A stretch of DNA of 64,000 nucleotides, taken from contig VEQL01000010.1 in assembly GCA_018883245.1 (NCBI GenBank), positions 9,514 to 73,513 on the forward strand. Reading direction: 5' to 3'. Below the pieces are notes generated by a model. That model was not told the DNA's origin. It ran no database searches and was given only the letters and a program-made list of their open reading frames with translations. The stretch comes from Chthoniobacterales bacterium (lineage in GTDB: Bacteria; Verrucomicrobiota; Verrucomicrobiia; Chthoniobacterales; JACTMZ01). The first letter of the stretch is position 1. Each line of letters starts with the position of its first letter. This document shows, one piece after another, positions 18,434 to 27,528 of the stretch. Made by a program: the position numbers and the translations under genes.

Positions 18434-19714
18434 TCACTTCTTCTTGCCAGTGCGTTTCTTGCGGGCCGGGGCACGCCCGGGCCTTGGAGGCAAGACGGCA
18501 AACCACTGCGCAGCTTCATCCTCGGTGACCAGCTCGCGGTAATTGGTGAAAAGCTTCCTTGGACTGTTGCCCATTTCCAGGGCGACTTGGTCGGCCGACT
18601 TGACCGTGGCCAGCCGATAGCTGGCAAAGCTGTGGCGAAAACCGTTCTGCTTGAACTCGACACCCGTGCCGTCAAAGCCCCCGGAGAACACGCGTGAAAT
18701 ATTCTCCAAGTTCGCGTACTGCGGAGTGACAAACCCGCGACGCTCCTCGGCCGGCACCAGCTTGAGCCATGCGTCCAGGGCGGTAAGGATCGGCACGATC
18801 CTGCGGCTGGCCGTCTTGGCCTTGCCGGCTTGGACCACGATGTGCCCGCGCTCGAGGTTCACATCGCTCCATTCCAGACGAAAAACCTCGGTGATGCGCA
18901 GGCCGCCAAAGGCCGCGATGGCCATGGCTGTGCGCGTGCGGCCGCGTGCCTTGGACAGAACCGCGCGCAGTTGCCCGGGCGTGTAGATGCCGATCGGCGG
19001 CGGACGCTCCTTGACGCGCCTGACCAGTTCGGCCGCGTGCTTCTTTTCGCGCGAGAGATAGCCCTCGGCGCGCGCAAAGCTAAAGAGCGTCGAAATGGCC
19101 GCGCGAAGGTTGTTGGCATGGCGCCCTTTGGCGCGCGCGAAGATCCACTGCGAAATTTCCTCGGCCTTGATGCTGCCGATGTGGCCGCGGAACGTGTTGG
19201 AAAAGCGTGTGAGCTTTTTTTCGATGTCGTCGACGTAGAGCGCCGAAAGCCCCTCGGCTTTTTTGGCCGCGGCGAACTTGGCGACCAAGTCCGGCACGGT
19301 GATGGCGGGCAGCTTGGTCTCGCGCACCGTGCGGGCAAAGGCTGCCGTGGCGTCAGCCAAGGTTCCGCGTCCGCCCAGCGCGTCCTGCGCCCGGGCCCAC
19401 TCGGACACCACCTCGACCAGCGTCTCGGCCCGACCGCGCAGCATGCGCATCGCCGCCGACCAGTCGGCAAACTCCGAAAGCGAAATCTCCCGCTGGTGCG
19501 GTTGGTGCTCGGTGCGGTCGCGGATGAACTTTTGCGCCTCGGCTTTGGCCGAATCCAGCGTGCGGCAGCGCTTCTGCTTCCGCTGCCCGGCCTCGGTGTA
19601 GGAAAACACGTAGCCGCGGTAGACCGACCCGTTCTTCTTGTCCGTCCTCTCAAAGATCGGTATGGACATGTTCCGCAATGAAACCACCAAGGCAGGCTTC
19701 GAGTCGGTTGGCAT
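18434..19714 (-). CDS. Tyrosine recombinase / phage integrase
   Basis: GLRITE..L.W.D, KAKT, NGFRHSFAS, MGNS..NY; adjacent to the att core. Confidence 0.93.
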   Translation of the reverse strand: MPTDSKPALVVSLRNMSIPIFERTDKKNGSVYRGYVFSYTEAGQRKQKRCRTLDSAKAEAQKFIRDRTEHQPHQREISLSEFADWSAAMRMLRGRAETLVEVVSEWARAQDALGGRGTLADATAAFARTVRETKLPAITVPDLVAKFAAAKKAEGLSALYVDDIEKKLTRFSNTFRGHIGSIKAEEISQWIFARAKGRHANNLRAAISTLFSFARAEGYLSREKKHAAELVRRVKERPPPIGIYTPGQLRAVLSKARGRTRTAMAIAAFGGLRITEVFRLEWSDVNLERGHIVVQAGKAKTASRRIVPILTALDAWLKLVPAEERRGFVTPQYANLENISRVFSGGFDGTGVEFKQNGFRHSFASYRLATVKSADQVALEMGNSPRKLFTNYRELVTEDEAAQWFAVLPPRPGRAPARKKRTGKKK

Positions 19715-19721
19715 GAAAATG

Positions 19722-19743
19722 ATGCTGCGAAAATGCTGCGAAA
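19722..19743. repeat. Tandem 11-bp direct repeat, candidate integrase arm-type sites
   Basis: ATGCTGCGAAA twice in tandem between the int start and the att core. Confidence 0.55.
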
Positions 19744-19781
19744 ACGCAAAGCACTAAATTTCTCTCTGTAAAATCAAGGTT

Positions 19782-19804
19782 TTCGAATCCCTCCCTCACC
19801 GCCA
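19782..19804 (+). repeat. att core: duplicated 3' end of a tRNA-Ser
   Basis: TTCGAATCCCTCCCTCACCGCCA = T-loop, T-stem, acceptor strand, G discriminator and CCA, as in tRNA-Ser(GGA)-type ends; no tRNA 5' half upstream. Confidence 0.85.
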
Positions 19805-19870
19805 TTTGTCCTGCCTCATGCCGAGTTTCCGCGTGCGCCGATCGAGCCGTCTGATACATTCAGTGCAATC

Positions 19871-20500
19871 ATGTTTTCCCTGCAGCGACTCCTCGGACAA
19901 GAAGACCGATTTTTCAAACTTCTTGAAGCGAGCGCGCAGGAGGCCAGGGAAAGCGCGCGCCTGCTCATCGATCTGCTGAACGCCAAGCCCGGCCAGCGCG
20001 GGTTGGAGGAGTTCAGCCAGGTGCGTCGCAAGGACAAGCGCATCACGCAGGAACTCACGGAGTTGCTTTGCAAGACTTTTGTCACACCGCTCGAGCGCGA
20101 GGAAATCGAGGCGCTGTCGCACGCGCTCTACAAGATCCCGAAGACGGCGGAGAAATTCGGAGAACGCCTGCTCCTTTGCCCCGAACGTTTGCACGGCATC
20201 GATTTCTCCAAGCAGACAGCGATGCTTGTCAGAGCAACCGACACTCTCCTCGAAATGGTGCGCGAACTCGGTTCGGGCAAGCACCTTGAACGTGTCAAGG
20301 AGCAGAACGACCAACTGCAAAAAATCGAGGGGGAAGCGGACAACCTGATCTTGGAGATGCTGCAGCACCTCTATCGCACGGAGCAGGACCCGGTGACCAT
20401 TCTTCTGTGCAAAGATCTGCTTGAACTGCTGGAAAAGGTCATCGACCGCTGCCGCAACGCGGGGAATGTCATTTTCCAAATCGTGCTGAAGCATTCCTGA
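19871..20500 (+). CDS. DUF47 / PhoU-like phosphate transport regulator
   Basis: TFVTPLEREEI, IEGEAD, LEKVIDRC motifs; upstream of a PiT transporter. Confidence 0.9.
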   Translation: MFSLQRLLGQEDRFFKLLEASAQEARESARLLIDLLNAKPGQRGLEEFSQVRRKDKRITQELTELLCKTFVTPLEREEIEALSHALYKIPKTAEKFGERLLLCPERLHGIDFSKQTAMLVRATDTLLEMVRELGSGKHLERVKEQNDQLQKIEGEADNLILEMLQHLYRTEQDPVTILLCKDLLELLEKVIDRCRNAGNVIFQIVLKHS

Positions 20501-20509
20501 CCGCCGGCC

Positions 20510-21589
20510 ATGGCGCTCTCGCTGGTCATCACCGTCGTCCTCGTCGCCTTGGTGTTCGAATACATCAACGGCTTCCACGACACAGCCAACTCCATCGCCA
20601 CGGTCGTCTCGACAAAGGTTCTCTCGCCCCGCCAGGCGGTGATTCTCGCGGCGTTGTTCAACCTTTTCGGCGCGCTCTGGGGCACGGCGGTGGCTACCAC
20701 GATCGGCAAGGGGCTGGTGGATACGCAGTTTGTCACACCCACCACCGTGCTGTGCGCTCTGCTCGGCGGCATCGTCTGGAATCTTGTCACTTGGCGGCAG
20801 GGGCTGCCCTCAAGCTCCAGCCACGCGCTGATCGGCGGGCTCTGCGGCGCCACGCTCGCCTCGGCCGACGGCCATTGGTCGGTAATCAAGTGGGCAACTT
20901 TCGACGCCGCGAAAGAGACCTTCGGTGGCCTCTGGTATAAGGTCGTGATCCCGATGTTCACCTCGCCCGTTTGCGGGTTCGTCCTGGGTTTTGCGGTGAT
21001 GGCGTTGCTCATGGTGCTGCTGCGCAACTGGCGCCCGGTCACGGTGAATCAGATTTTCGGCAAGCTGCAACTCGCGAGCGCGGCGTGGATGGGCTTCAGC
21101 CACGGCACGAACGACGCGCAAAAAACAATGGGGGTTATCGCGCTGACATTGTTCACCGCCACCACGGCAGGATCATTCGATCATGCGCCATCATGGATGG
21201 GGTTCCTCCATACGCCGGAGTTCACGGTCGCCATGTGGGTCAAAGTCACCTGCGCTCTCGTCATGGCTTTGGGCACCGCTGCCGGCGGCTGGCGGATCAT
21301 CAAGACCCTCGGACATCGCATGGTGAAGCTGCAGCCGGTCCATGGCTTTGCGGCGGAAACCACAGCGGCCGCGATCATCCAAGTTGCCAGCCATTGGGGC
21401 ATTCCCGTTTCCACCACGCAGGTCATTTCCTCCTCGATCATGGGCGTGGGCGCCACCAAGCGCCTGAACGCAGTGAAATGGAGCGTCGTCGAGCGAATGA
21501 TCTGGGCTTGGGTCCTTACCCTGCCCGTGACAGCCATGCTCGGATATGGGTTCCTGCGCGTGCTCCGGTGGTTCGCCGGAACACACTAA
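20510..21589 (+). CDS. Inorganic phosphate transporter (PiT family)
   Basis: NGFHDTANSIAT, GLPSSSSHALIG, HGTNDAQKTMG, GIPVSTT. Confidence 0.95.
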   Translation: MALSLVITVVLVALVFEYINGFHDTANSIATVVSTKVLSPRQAVILAALFNLFGALWGTAVATTIGKGLVDTQFVTPTTVLCALLGGIVWNLVTWRQGLPSSSSHALIGGLCGATLASADGHWSVIKWATFDAAKETFGGLWYKVVIPMFTSPVCGFVLGFAVMALLMVLLRNWRPVTVNQIFGKLQLASAAWMGFSHGTNDAQKTMGVIALTLFTATTAGSFDHAPSWMGFLHTPEFTVAMWVKVTCALVMALGTAAGGWRIIKTLGHRMVKLQPVHGFAAETTAAAIIQVASHWGIPVSTTQVISSSIMGVGATKRLNAVKWSVVERMIWAWVLTLPVTAMLGYGFLRVLRWFAGTH

Positions 21590-21702
21590 GCACTCTCCTG
21601 CTCAGGCAATTTTAGTCAGGACAGAAGCTGAGCTCACGGGTGACATCTCGTTTTGTCGTGCCACATCACGGGAGAAGAACGCAAACTGCCCAATAACTTT
21701 CC

Positions 21703-22977
21703 ATGGATCCGCAGCTTTTAGAGTTTGCCAAGGGACGACTGGCCAAGGGTGAGACGCCCGATGCAGTGATCGCGCATTTGCGCGGGCAGAAATGGGAGGA
21801 GAGCGTCATCGAGGAAGTGATGGCCGCGGCCGGGGCGGCGCCCTGTGATCACAAAAAACAAGCCGCTGCAGGCAAGCGGCGCATTTGGCCCCATATTCTT
21901 CTGATCATTCTCGCAACTGCGGGGGCGACCGCTGCCGTAGCGGGCTTTTTCGTCTGGCGGCAATACGCGGCGGCAAAGTTGATCCGCGAAAAACTGAAAT
22001 ACGTGGAAGTGACAGGGCACGTGGGCGGCAATCTCGAAGCATCCGCCCCCGCCAACTCTGCCACGAAAACGGCAGTTGGTGCGTTCGACCTGCTCGACTT
22101 GCGGGGGTTCGTGGACAGTTCGCAGATGGACACCCCGCGCGCGGCTTTCGCGATCTCGCTCGATCCGAGTGGTTCGCTGGCTGCGGCGCTCGCCCAGGTC
22201 CCGCCCACAACCGACGCGCGTTTTGCCGGCGTGACGTTGCTGAGCATCGCGGCGGCGGGCAGGGCGTTCGGCGGCATCGAGGCGACGCTCGTCGAGAGGA
22301 CGGCGTATTTGCGTTTCGCCAACATGCCTTTGGCGCAAGCAGGGCAGCAAAATCCGATCGCGGCCCTGGCATCCGCGCTCATCGGCCCGAACATCCTCAC
22401 CGGCGCATGGCTTCGCGTGCCGTTGGACGATCCTTCGTCACCGGCATCGGATCCCCTCGTCCCCCGCGAACAGCAAGTGACATGGGCGCTGCTTTTCCGT
22501 CCGACCGAAAAGGTTTTCGGTCAGTCGCGCGAACTGCAGTTTCTCGGAAAAAGCGCGGGCGACCCTATCAACGGCGAGGCTACCGACATCCATCGTTACC
22601 GGATCGACGGGGCCTGGCTGACCGGGTTGCTGAAAAACGCGATGCGCGAAAACAAGGCGGACGGCAAGATGATGATGTTGGCGCAGCTGCAAACAGCGCT
22701 CACCGGCGGTGCGGCCGCGGACACCAGCGACACTATGACACTCTCCGACGGGGAGATGAGCGTGTGGGTCGGAAAAAAGGACACGCTTCCGCGGCGCATC
22801 GCGGTCCAAATATCGGTGAGCGAAGGGCTCAACTCGCCGATCGCTGTCAAACTTAAGGCCGAGCTGTCGATGTCATACGGCAAGCCCGTCACGATCGCGA
22901 CACCCGAGCCCGCCATCGGGCTGGAACAACTGCAGCAACAGCTCAACACATTGCAGAGTCTGGGTAACTTTTTCTGA
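21703..22977 (+). CDS. Single-TM membrane-anchored protein, possible LolA/LppX-like periplasmic fold
   Basis: Small N-terminal helical domain, one TM, beta-rich body ending VWVGKKDTLPRRI..SYGKPVTIATP; 4 nt upstream of mlaE. Confidence 0.6.
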   Translation: MDPQLLEFAKGRLAKGETPDAVIAHLRGQKWEESVIEEVMAAAGAAPCDHKKQAAAGKRRIWPHILLIILATAGATAAVAGFFVWRQYAAAKLIREKLKYVEVTGHVGGNLEASAPANSATKTAVGAFDLLDLRGFVDSSQMDTPRAAFAISLDPSGSLAAALAQVPPTTDARFAGVTLLSIAAAGRAFGGIEATLVERTAYLRFANMPLAQAGQQNPIAALASALIGPNILTGAWLRVPLDDPSSPASDPLVPREQQVTWALLFRPTEKVFGQSRELQFLGKSAGDPINGEATDIHRYRIDGAWLTGLLKNAMRENKADGKMMMLAQLQTALTGGAAADTSDTMTLSDGEMSVWVGKKDTLPRRIAVQISVSEGLNSPIAVKLKAELSMSYGKPVTIATPEPAIGLEQLQQQLNTLQSLGNFF

Positions 22978-22981
22978 CACG

Positions 22982-23752
22982 ATGGGCGCGATATTCCCGC
23001 AAACGCGGCGCTTCCTGGCCTGGCTTTTCGCCTACGCCGGCGCCTACTTCGGGGTGTTTTTCGATGCGGCGCGCAATGCCCCCGCCCTGATGCGCGAACC
23101 CGGACGGCGCGTTCTGCTCAAACAGATCTATTTCACCGGACTGGAGGCTCTTCCGCTTTTGACGCTGATCGCGATAATCCTTGGATTTGCCGCGCTCTCG
23201 CCGCTTTACAATCTGCTCCAAGAGACCGGGCTCGCGCTCGATGTGTTCCGGCTTTTGGTTCTGCACGAGGCATCGATTCTTGTGGTTGCATTTTTTGTCC
23301 TCGCGCGCAGCGGTTCAGCCATAGCGTCCGAGTTGGCGAGCGCGCGGCAGCAAGGCGAGATTGCCAGCCTCTACCGCATGGGTATCGACGCGGGAGCATA
23401 TCTTGTGACTCCGCGCGTCGCGGGATGCGTGCTGAGCGTGGCGGCCCTGACCGTTTATTTTCAAGTGGCGATGGTTTTCGGGGGAATTTCCCTGATGTCG
23501 GTGTTTTCCAATTGGGACTTTGCCGTTGCCATGGGCAAATTCGCCGGCGGCCTCCAGCCGGCCAGTGCGATCCTCTCGCTTTTCAAGGCCGGAATCTTCG
23601 GGGCGATCATCGGCACGATTTCCTGCCAACAGGGTTTGCTCGCCGTTTCGGGTCCGCTCGGCATTCCGGTCGCCACACGCACGGCCATGGTGCACGGATT
23701 CGGAGCGATCGTGGTGACAGAAGGACTCTTTGTCGCGTTAGTCGGACGATGA
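22982..23752 (+). CDS. mlaE: MlaE-family ABC permease
   Basis: KQIYFTG, ARSGSAIASEL, MGID..YLVTPRV, IPVAT. Confidence 0.85.
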   Translation: MGAIFPQTRRFLAWLFAYAGAYFGVFFDAARNAPALMREPGRRVLLKQIYFTGLEALPLLTLIAIILGFAALSPLYNLLQETGLALDVFRLLVLHEASILVVAFFVLARSGSAIASELASARQQGEIASLYRMGIDAGAYLVTPRVAGCVLSVAALTVYFQVAMVFGGISLMSVFSNWDFAVAMGKFAGGLQPASAILSLFKAGIFGAIIGTISCQQGLLAVSGPLGIPVATRTAMVHGFGAIVVTEGLFVALVGR

Positions 23753-24402
23753 ACACGGTTTTCAACTCATCGGGACTGGCCCTCGATGGCGCCGATTTTC
23801 CCGCGCTGTCGATTGCCGCGGGGGAAACGGCCGGGTGGCGGGCGGACACTCACGAGGATTGCCACCGTCTGCTCGATCTTGCCACGGGCCTGGCGGATGC
23901 GCGTGCCGGTGGCATCGTGTGGTTCGATCAAGATGTCGCAGCGCTGCGGGAGAAAGAGGTGCTGCGCCTGCTCGGGCGCGTCATGCCCATGACCCCGGAC
24001 GGTGGACTCGTGAGCAACGTCAATACCGGGGAGAATATTCTTTTGCCGTTTCTTTGGCGGAATCCGGAGCGCTTGGAGGAAGCCGCCGCCCGCTTGCAGC
24101 ACCTGCTTGAGTCCGAACCATGGCGCGAATGGTTCCCGGTGAAAAAGTTGTGCGAACTCCCGCACCAACTCTCTCCCCTCGCCCGCGCTCTTGCCGCCGT
24201 TCTCCGCGCGTGGGTCGCCCAACCGGAGGCAATTATCGCCTGCGATATGCGCCATGCCCTGGAGGCCAGAGCGAGCAGCCATGTTTCGCGTGCGCTTGTT
24301 TGGCTGCGGGAGGCGCTTCCCGATGCCGCATGGCTCGTCCTGCAGACCGAATCGGCTTTGCCCGCGGGCATACGCGGAAATATTCTCCCACCGCAGTCAT
24401 GA
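23749..24402 (+). CDS. Degenerate MlaF-like ABC ATPase (Walker A and signature motif lost)
   Basis: ATGA-coupled between mlaE and mlaD; retains G.IVWFDQD, LVSNVNTGENILLP, LPHQLS..ALA; no GxxGxGKS. Confidence 0.65.
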   Translation: MNTVFNSSGLALDGADFPALSIAAGETAGWRADTHEDCHRLLDLATGLADARAGGIVWFDQDVAALREKEVLRLLGRVMPMTPDGGLVSNVNTGENILLPFLWRNPERLEEAAARLQHLLESEPWREWFPVKKLCELPHQLSPLARALAAVLRAWVAQPEAIIACDMRHALEARASSHVSRALVWLREALPDAAWLVLQTESALPAGIRGNILPPQS

Positions 24403-25337
24403 AATATTTGCAGGAGAGCGATCCGCGGTTCCGGCACCTCGGACTCAAGGTCGGAAGTTTTTTGACCGCACTCGTGGTGCTCGTTGTGCTGATGGCCGCG
24501 GTGCTCGGTTGGCGGCAGGATCTTTTCCAGCCTGTCACAATCTTCCGCACTTCGCCCGGCGACGCGGCGGGGATCACGGCCGGAATGGATGTGAGCGTGC
24601 AAGGAATCCGTGTAGGGCGCGTGAGCCGGGTGGAACTGGATGATGCCGGACAACCGCGCGTGATGCTGCGGGTGCAGAAACGCGCGGCGCAATGGCTGCG
24701 TTCGGATGCTGCCGCGGTGCTCGCGGGCCGCGGTCCGCTGGAAAGCCCCTACATCGAGTTATCCACCGGTTCGAAGGACCTGCCTGCCCTGGCCGACGGG
24801 GCGGAGTTGCCTTTCCGGCGCGAAGCAAGCATCGGGGAGTTGGCCTCGGCGCTGGAAGAGCAGCTTCGTCCGCTGATCGACGCGGGAACACGGATGTTCG
24901 GCGACTTGAACCGGCCCGACGGCGACATGCACGTGGCTTTGGCCGAACTGCGCACGCTGACGGGATCGATGCTCAAGGAAATCCCCCCTGCATTGTCCGA
25001 TGCGCGACAAACCGCGCAAACCACGCGCGAGTTTGTCGCGGAACTGGCCGCCGAAGAAAGCGATGTCAACAAAGCGCGCGAAAACCTTCTTCTCGTCAGC
25101 GGCAAGATCGAAAAAGAGTTGCCTGCCTTGCTGGACCAGGCCGAAGAAACTCTCGCCGCCCTGCGCCAAGCCACGCTCCGCGTGGACAAATCGGTGCAGA
25201 CTTCGGCACCCGAATTGGAAAAACTCGTGCGCCGATCGAATGATGTTGCGCTCAAGGCCGACGGCCTTATCACCGACCTGCGCAAAGCGTGGCTGATGAA
25301 GTTGTTCGTGCCTCAAGGCCAGAAGCCGCGCGAATAA
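24399..25337 (+). CDS. mlaD: MlaD/MCE-domain protein
   Basis: TM then AAGITAGMDVSVQGIRVGRVSRVEL..YIELSTG, followed by a helical extension. Confidence 0.85.
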   Translation: MKYLQESDPRFRHLGLKVGSFLTALVVLVVLMAAVLGWRQDLFQPVTIFRTSPGDAAGITAGMDVSVQGIRVGRVSRVELDDAGQPRVMLRVQKRAAQWLRSDAAAVLAGRGPLESPYIELSTGSKDLPALADGAELPFRREASIGELASALEEQLRPLIDAGTRMFGDLNRPDGDMHVALAELRTLTGSMLKEIPPALSDARQTAQTTREFVAELAAEESDVNKARENLLLVSGKIEKELPALLDQAEETLAALRQATLRVDKSVQTSAPELEKLVRRSNDVALKADGLITDLRKAWLMKLFVPQGQKPRE

Positions 25338-25360
25338 AGCTCATCGAGGCGCGCAAAGGC

Positions 25361-27478
25361 TCACTTGCTTTCCATCACCATGACCGGCTCCCACTCGTCG
25401 GGCGGCGGAGAGGCCTGAAAGCCGCGACAGCGGTCGATCATGGCAAGCAATGCTTTGTCCCGGGGAAGCTCGTCCGCGATCGACGAGAACAAATCGACGG
25501 CGCGATCGAAACGGCGCGCACGGTAGTGAGCCCACGCCTCCTCGTGTTTCTCCAGCCACCGCGGACGGCACGCTGCACCGTCCGGATCGAGGGGGACTGC
25601 GTAAATTGTGACCGGCGTCGAGCGCCCGACCACGCGCACGGTGTCGAGTGTCCGGAAAGCGAATTCGCCCGACGCCAGTGCCGCCACCGTTTCGCTGGCG
25701 AGCAGTTCCACGCCGTAGCGCTTGGTCAAACTCTCCAACCGCGAGGCAAGATTGACGGTGTCGCCTATGACAGTCGGCTCCATTTTCAGGTCAGATCCGA
25801 TATTCCCGAAAATTGCGGGGCCGGCATTCAAGCCGATGCCGAGCCGCAAATCCGGGGCGCCTCGCTGCGCCCAGCGCTCACGCATGCGACGGACCGCACC
25901 GAGCATTTCCACAGCCGTGCGCACGGAGCGAGCGGCGTCCTCGCGCGGCCCGACCGAATCGACCGTTCCCCACACGGCCATCACCGCATCGCCGATGAAT
26001 TTGTCGAGGGTTCCACGATTGCGGAAAACGATTTCGACCATGGCCCCGAGGTATTCGTTAAGGTCGGCCACGAGCTGCGCGGGTTCCGCGTGCTCGGTGA
26101 TGGCGGTGAATCCGCGCAGATCGGAAAAAAGCACGGCCACGTCCTGGCGCGAACCGCCGAGACGCTCCAACACGTCGCTTTCGTGGTCGAGCAACTCGCG
26201 CACGACATCACGCGAGACATAACGCTCGAGACTGCGCCTCACCCGGGTTTTCTCGCGCCGCTCGAGAGCGAAATCATAAGCGAAGCATGTGAGACCGGCC
26301 ATCACGAGCGTGGCGGCGGGATAAAGCAGCCCGGGCAGAAAATCGGCAAAGTCGTAGACCAGGAACGCCGCACCCATGAAAGCCGCAAGCGCCAAAGCCA
26401 GAACCGCCAACGCGGCCAGCGGACGCCTCATCCACGCACTCACGCCAAACGCGACGGCGCCAAGCGCAAAACAGGTGGCCATCACGAAGCCGGAGGTGGC
26501 GCGCCGGTAAAACGCTCCCACTTGGGCAGCCGCCATCGCATGCAGGTGAATTTCCGGTCCGGGCAAGGTGCCGACCGGCGTGCGGAAAAAGTCGCGGAAT
26601 CGCGCGGCCAGCGGACCGGCGAGAACGATTTTGTCGCGAAAGATCTGGCCGTCTTTGAGGTTCGCCTTCCAGAGGTCGGGAACGAAGAGCTGCCAGAGCG
26701 GAACCACTGGAAACGAGTCCGGTTGGCAGAAGCGCATCAAACCCGCCGCGGGAAAGTCCTGCTTCAATCCCGCTTGCCGGAGTGCAATCGCGCCGAGCGA
26801 GGACCGCACCTCGCCCCCTAGCCCAGGGCGCCCGAGCAGGTCAGCATCGGTCATGCGGTAATGGGCGGCGCGGACAACCTTGTCGGCTTCGGGCCAGAAG
26901 TTCGCGTATCCGACGGACGCGTTGGCCTCGTCGCCCGGAGCGACGATGGTGTCGGCAGGCGGGTGATAGAGCACCGCGTCCGGCGCGACGGACATTTCCG
27001 AGTCCATGTAAAGCGAGGCAATCACGACACGACCGGGATAACGCCGCAAGATGTCGCGCAAAACCTCGTCCCCTTCGCCGGCCAGGGGAAAGTGCGCGTC
27101 GAGCACGACGGTCTTCGCGCCGGCACCGAGGACTTTTTCGACCGCTGCGGCGTAGACCGCGCGCGACCAAGGAAACTCCTGCGCCATGAGGGCAAGCGCG
27201 GGATCTGCGGCAATCTCCTCCGGATCAAGCTGGCTGAGGTCGAGACTGGCTTCGTCGAGCGCCAGGAAAACGTAGTTCTCCGGAGTGGACGTTTTGGTCC
27301 CATGCCTGACCACTGCATCTTGGAGCGAAAGCTCTGCCAACTCCAAAGGCACAATGGTCAGCGGACCGGAGAGGATCGCGAAAATCGCCGCCCAAAGGGT
27401 GCAAACAGCGCCGAGAACAGCCAAGCGCTTTGCGGATCGCCGCGAGAGGTTTGTGCCAAAGGCTGACTTACGGGCCAT
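25361..27478 (-). CDS. CHASE2-domain class III adenylate cyclase
   Basis: ALDEASL..FPWSRAVYA..GAKTVVLD (CHASE2), three TMs, VLFSDLRGFT, LDKFIGDAVM, TVIGDTVNLASRLE. Confidence 0.93.
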   Translation of the reverse strand: MARKSAFGTNLSRRSAKRLAVLGAVCTLWAAIFAILSGPLTIVPLELAELSLQDAVVRHGTKTSTPENYVFLALDEASLDLSQLDPEEIAADPALALMAQEFPWSRAVYAAAVEKVLGAGAKTVVLDAHFPLAGEGDEVLRDILRRYPGRVVIASLYMDSEMSVAPDAVLYHPPADTIVAPGDEANASVGYANFWPEADKVVRAAHYRMTDADLLGRPGLGGEVRSSLGAIALRQAGLKQDFPAAGLMRFCQPDSFPVVPLWQLFVPDLWKANLKDGQIFRDKIVLAGPLAARFRDFFRTPVGTLPGPEIHLHAMAAAQVGAFYRRATSGFVMATCFALGAVAFGVSAWMRRPLAALAVLALALAAFMGAAFLVYDFADFLPGLLYPAATLVMAGLTCFAYDFALERREKTRVRRSLERYVSRDVVRELLDHESDVLERLGGSRQDVAVLFSDLRGFTAITEHAEPAQLVADLNEYLGAMVEIVFRNRGTLDKFIGDAVMAVWGTVDSVGPREDAARSVRTAVEMLGAVRRMRERWAQRGAPDLRLGIGLNAGPAIFGNIGSDLKMEPTVIGDTVNLASRLESLTKRYGVELLASETVAALASGEFAFRTLDTVRVVGRSTPVTIYAVPLDPDGAACRPRWLEKHEEAWAHYRARRFDRAVDLFSSIADELPRDKALLAMIDRCRGFQASPPPDEWEPVMVMESK

Positions 27479-27528
27479 AAGGCGGAAAAATGGCACGTTT
27501 TGGCTTGCATGCACAACGGTCATGTTTG

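Larger units (their letters stand above)
1..19804. mobile_element. Prophage, right arm (tail module to integrase/att); left part lies outside the window
   Basis: Tape-measure gene, tightly packed co-oriented tail-like genes, holin-like gene, xis and tyrosine integrase, ending at a tRNA 3'-end fragment; host housekeeping genes start immediately after. Confidence 0.9.

Noticed and set aside
19730..19804. Complete tRNA-Ser gene
   Set aside because: Only the 3' 23 nt are tRNA-like; the upstream sequence cannot form the acceptor 5' strand, D arm or anticodon arm
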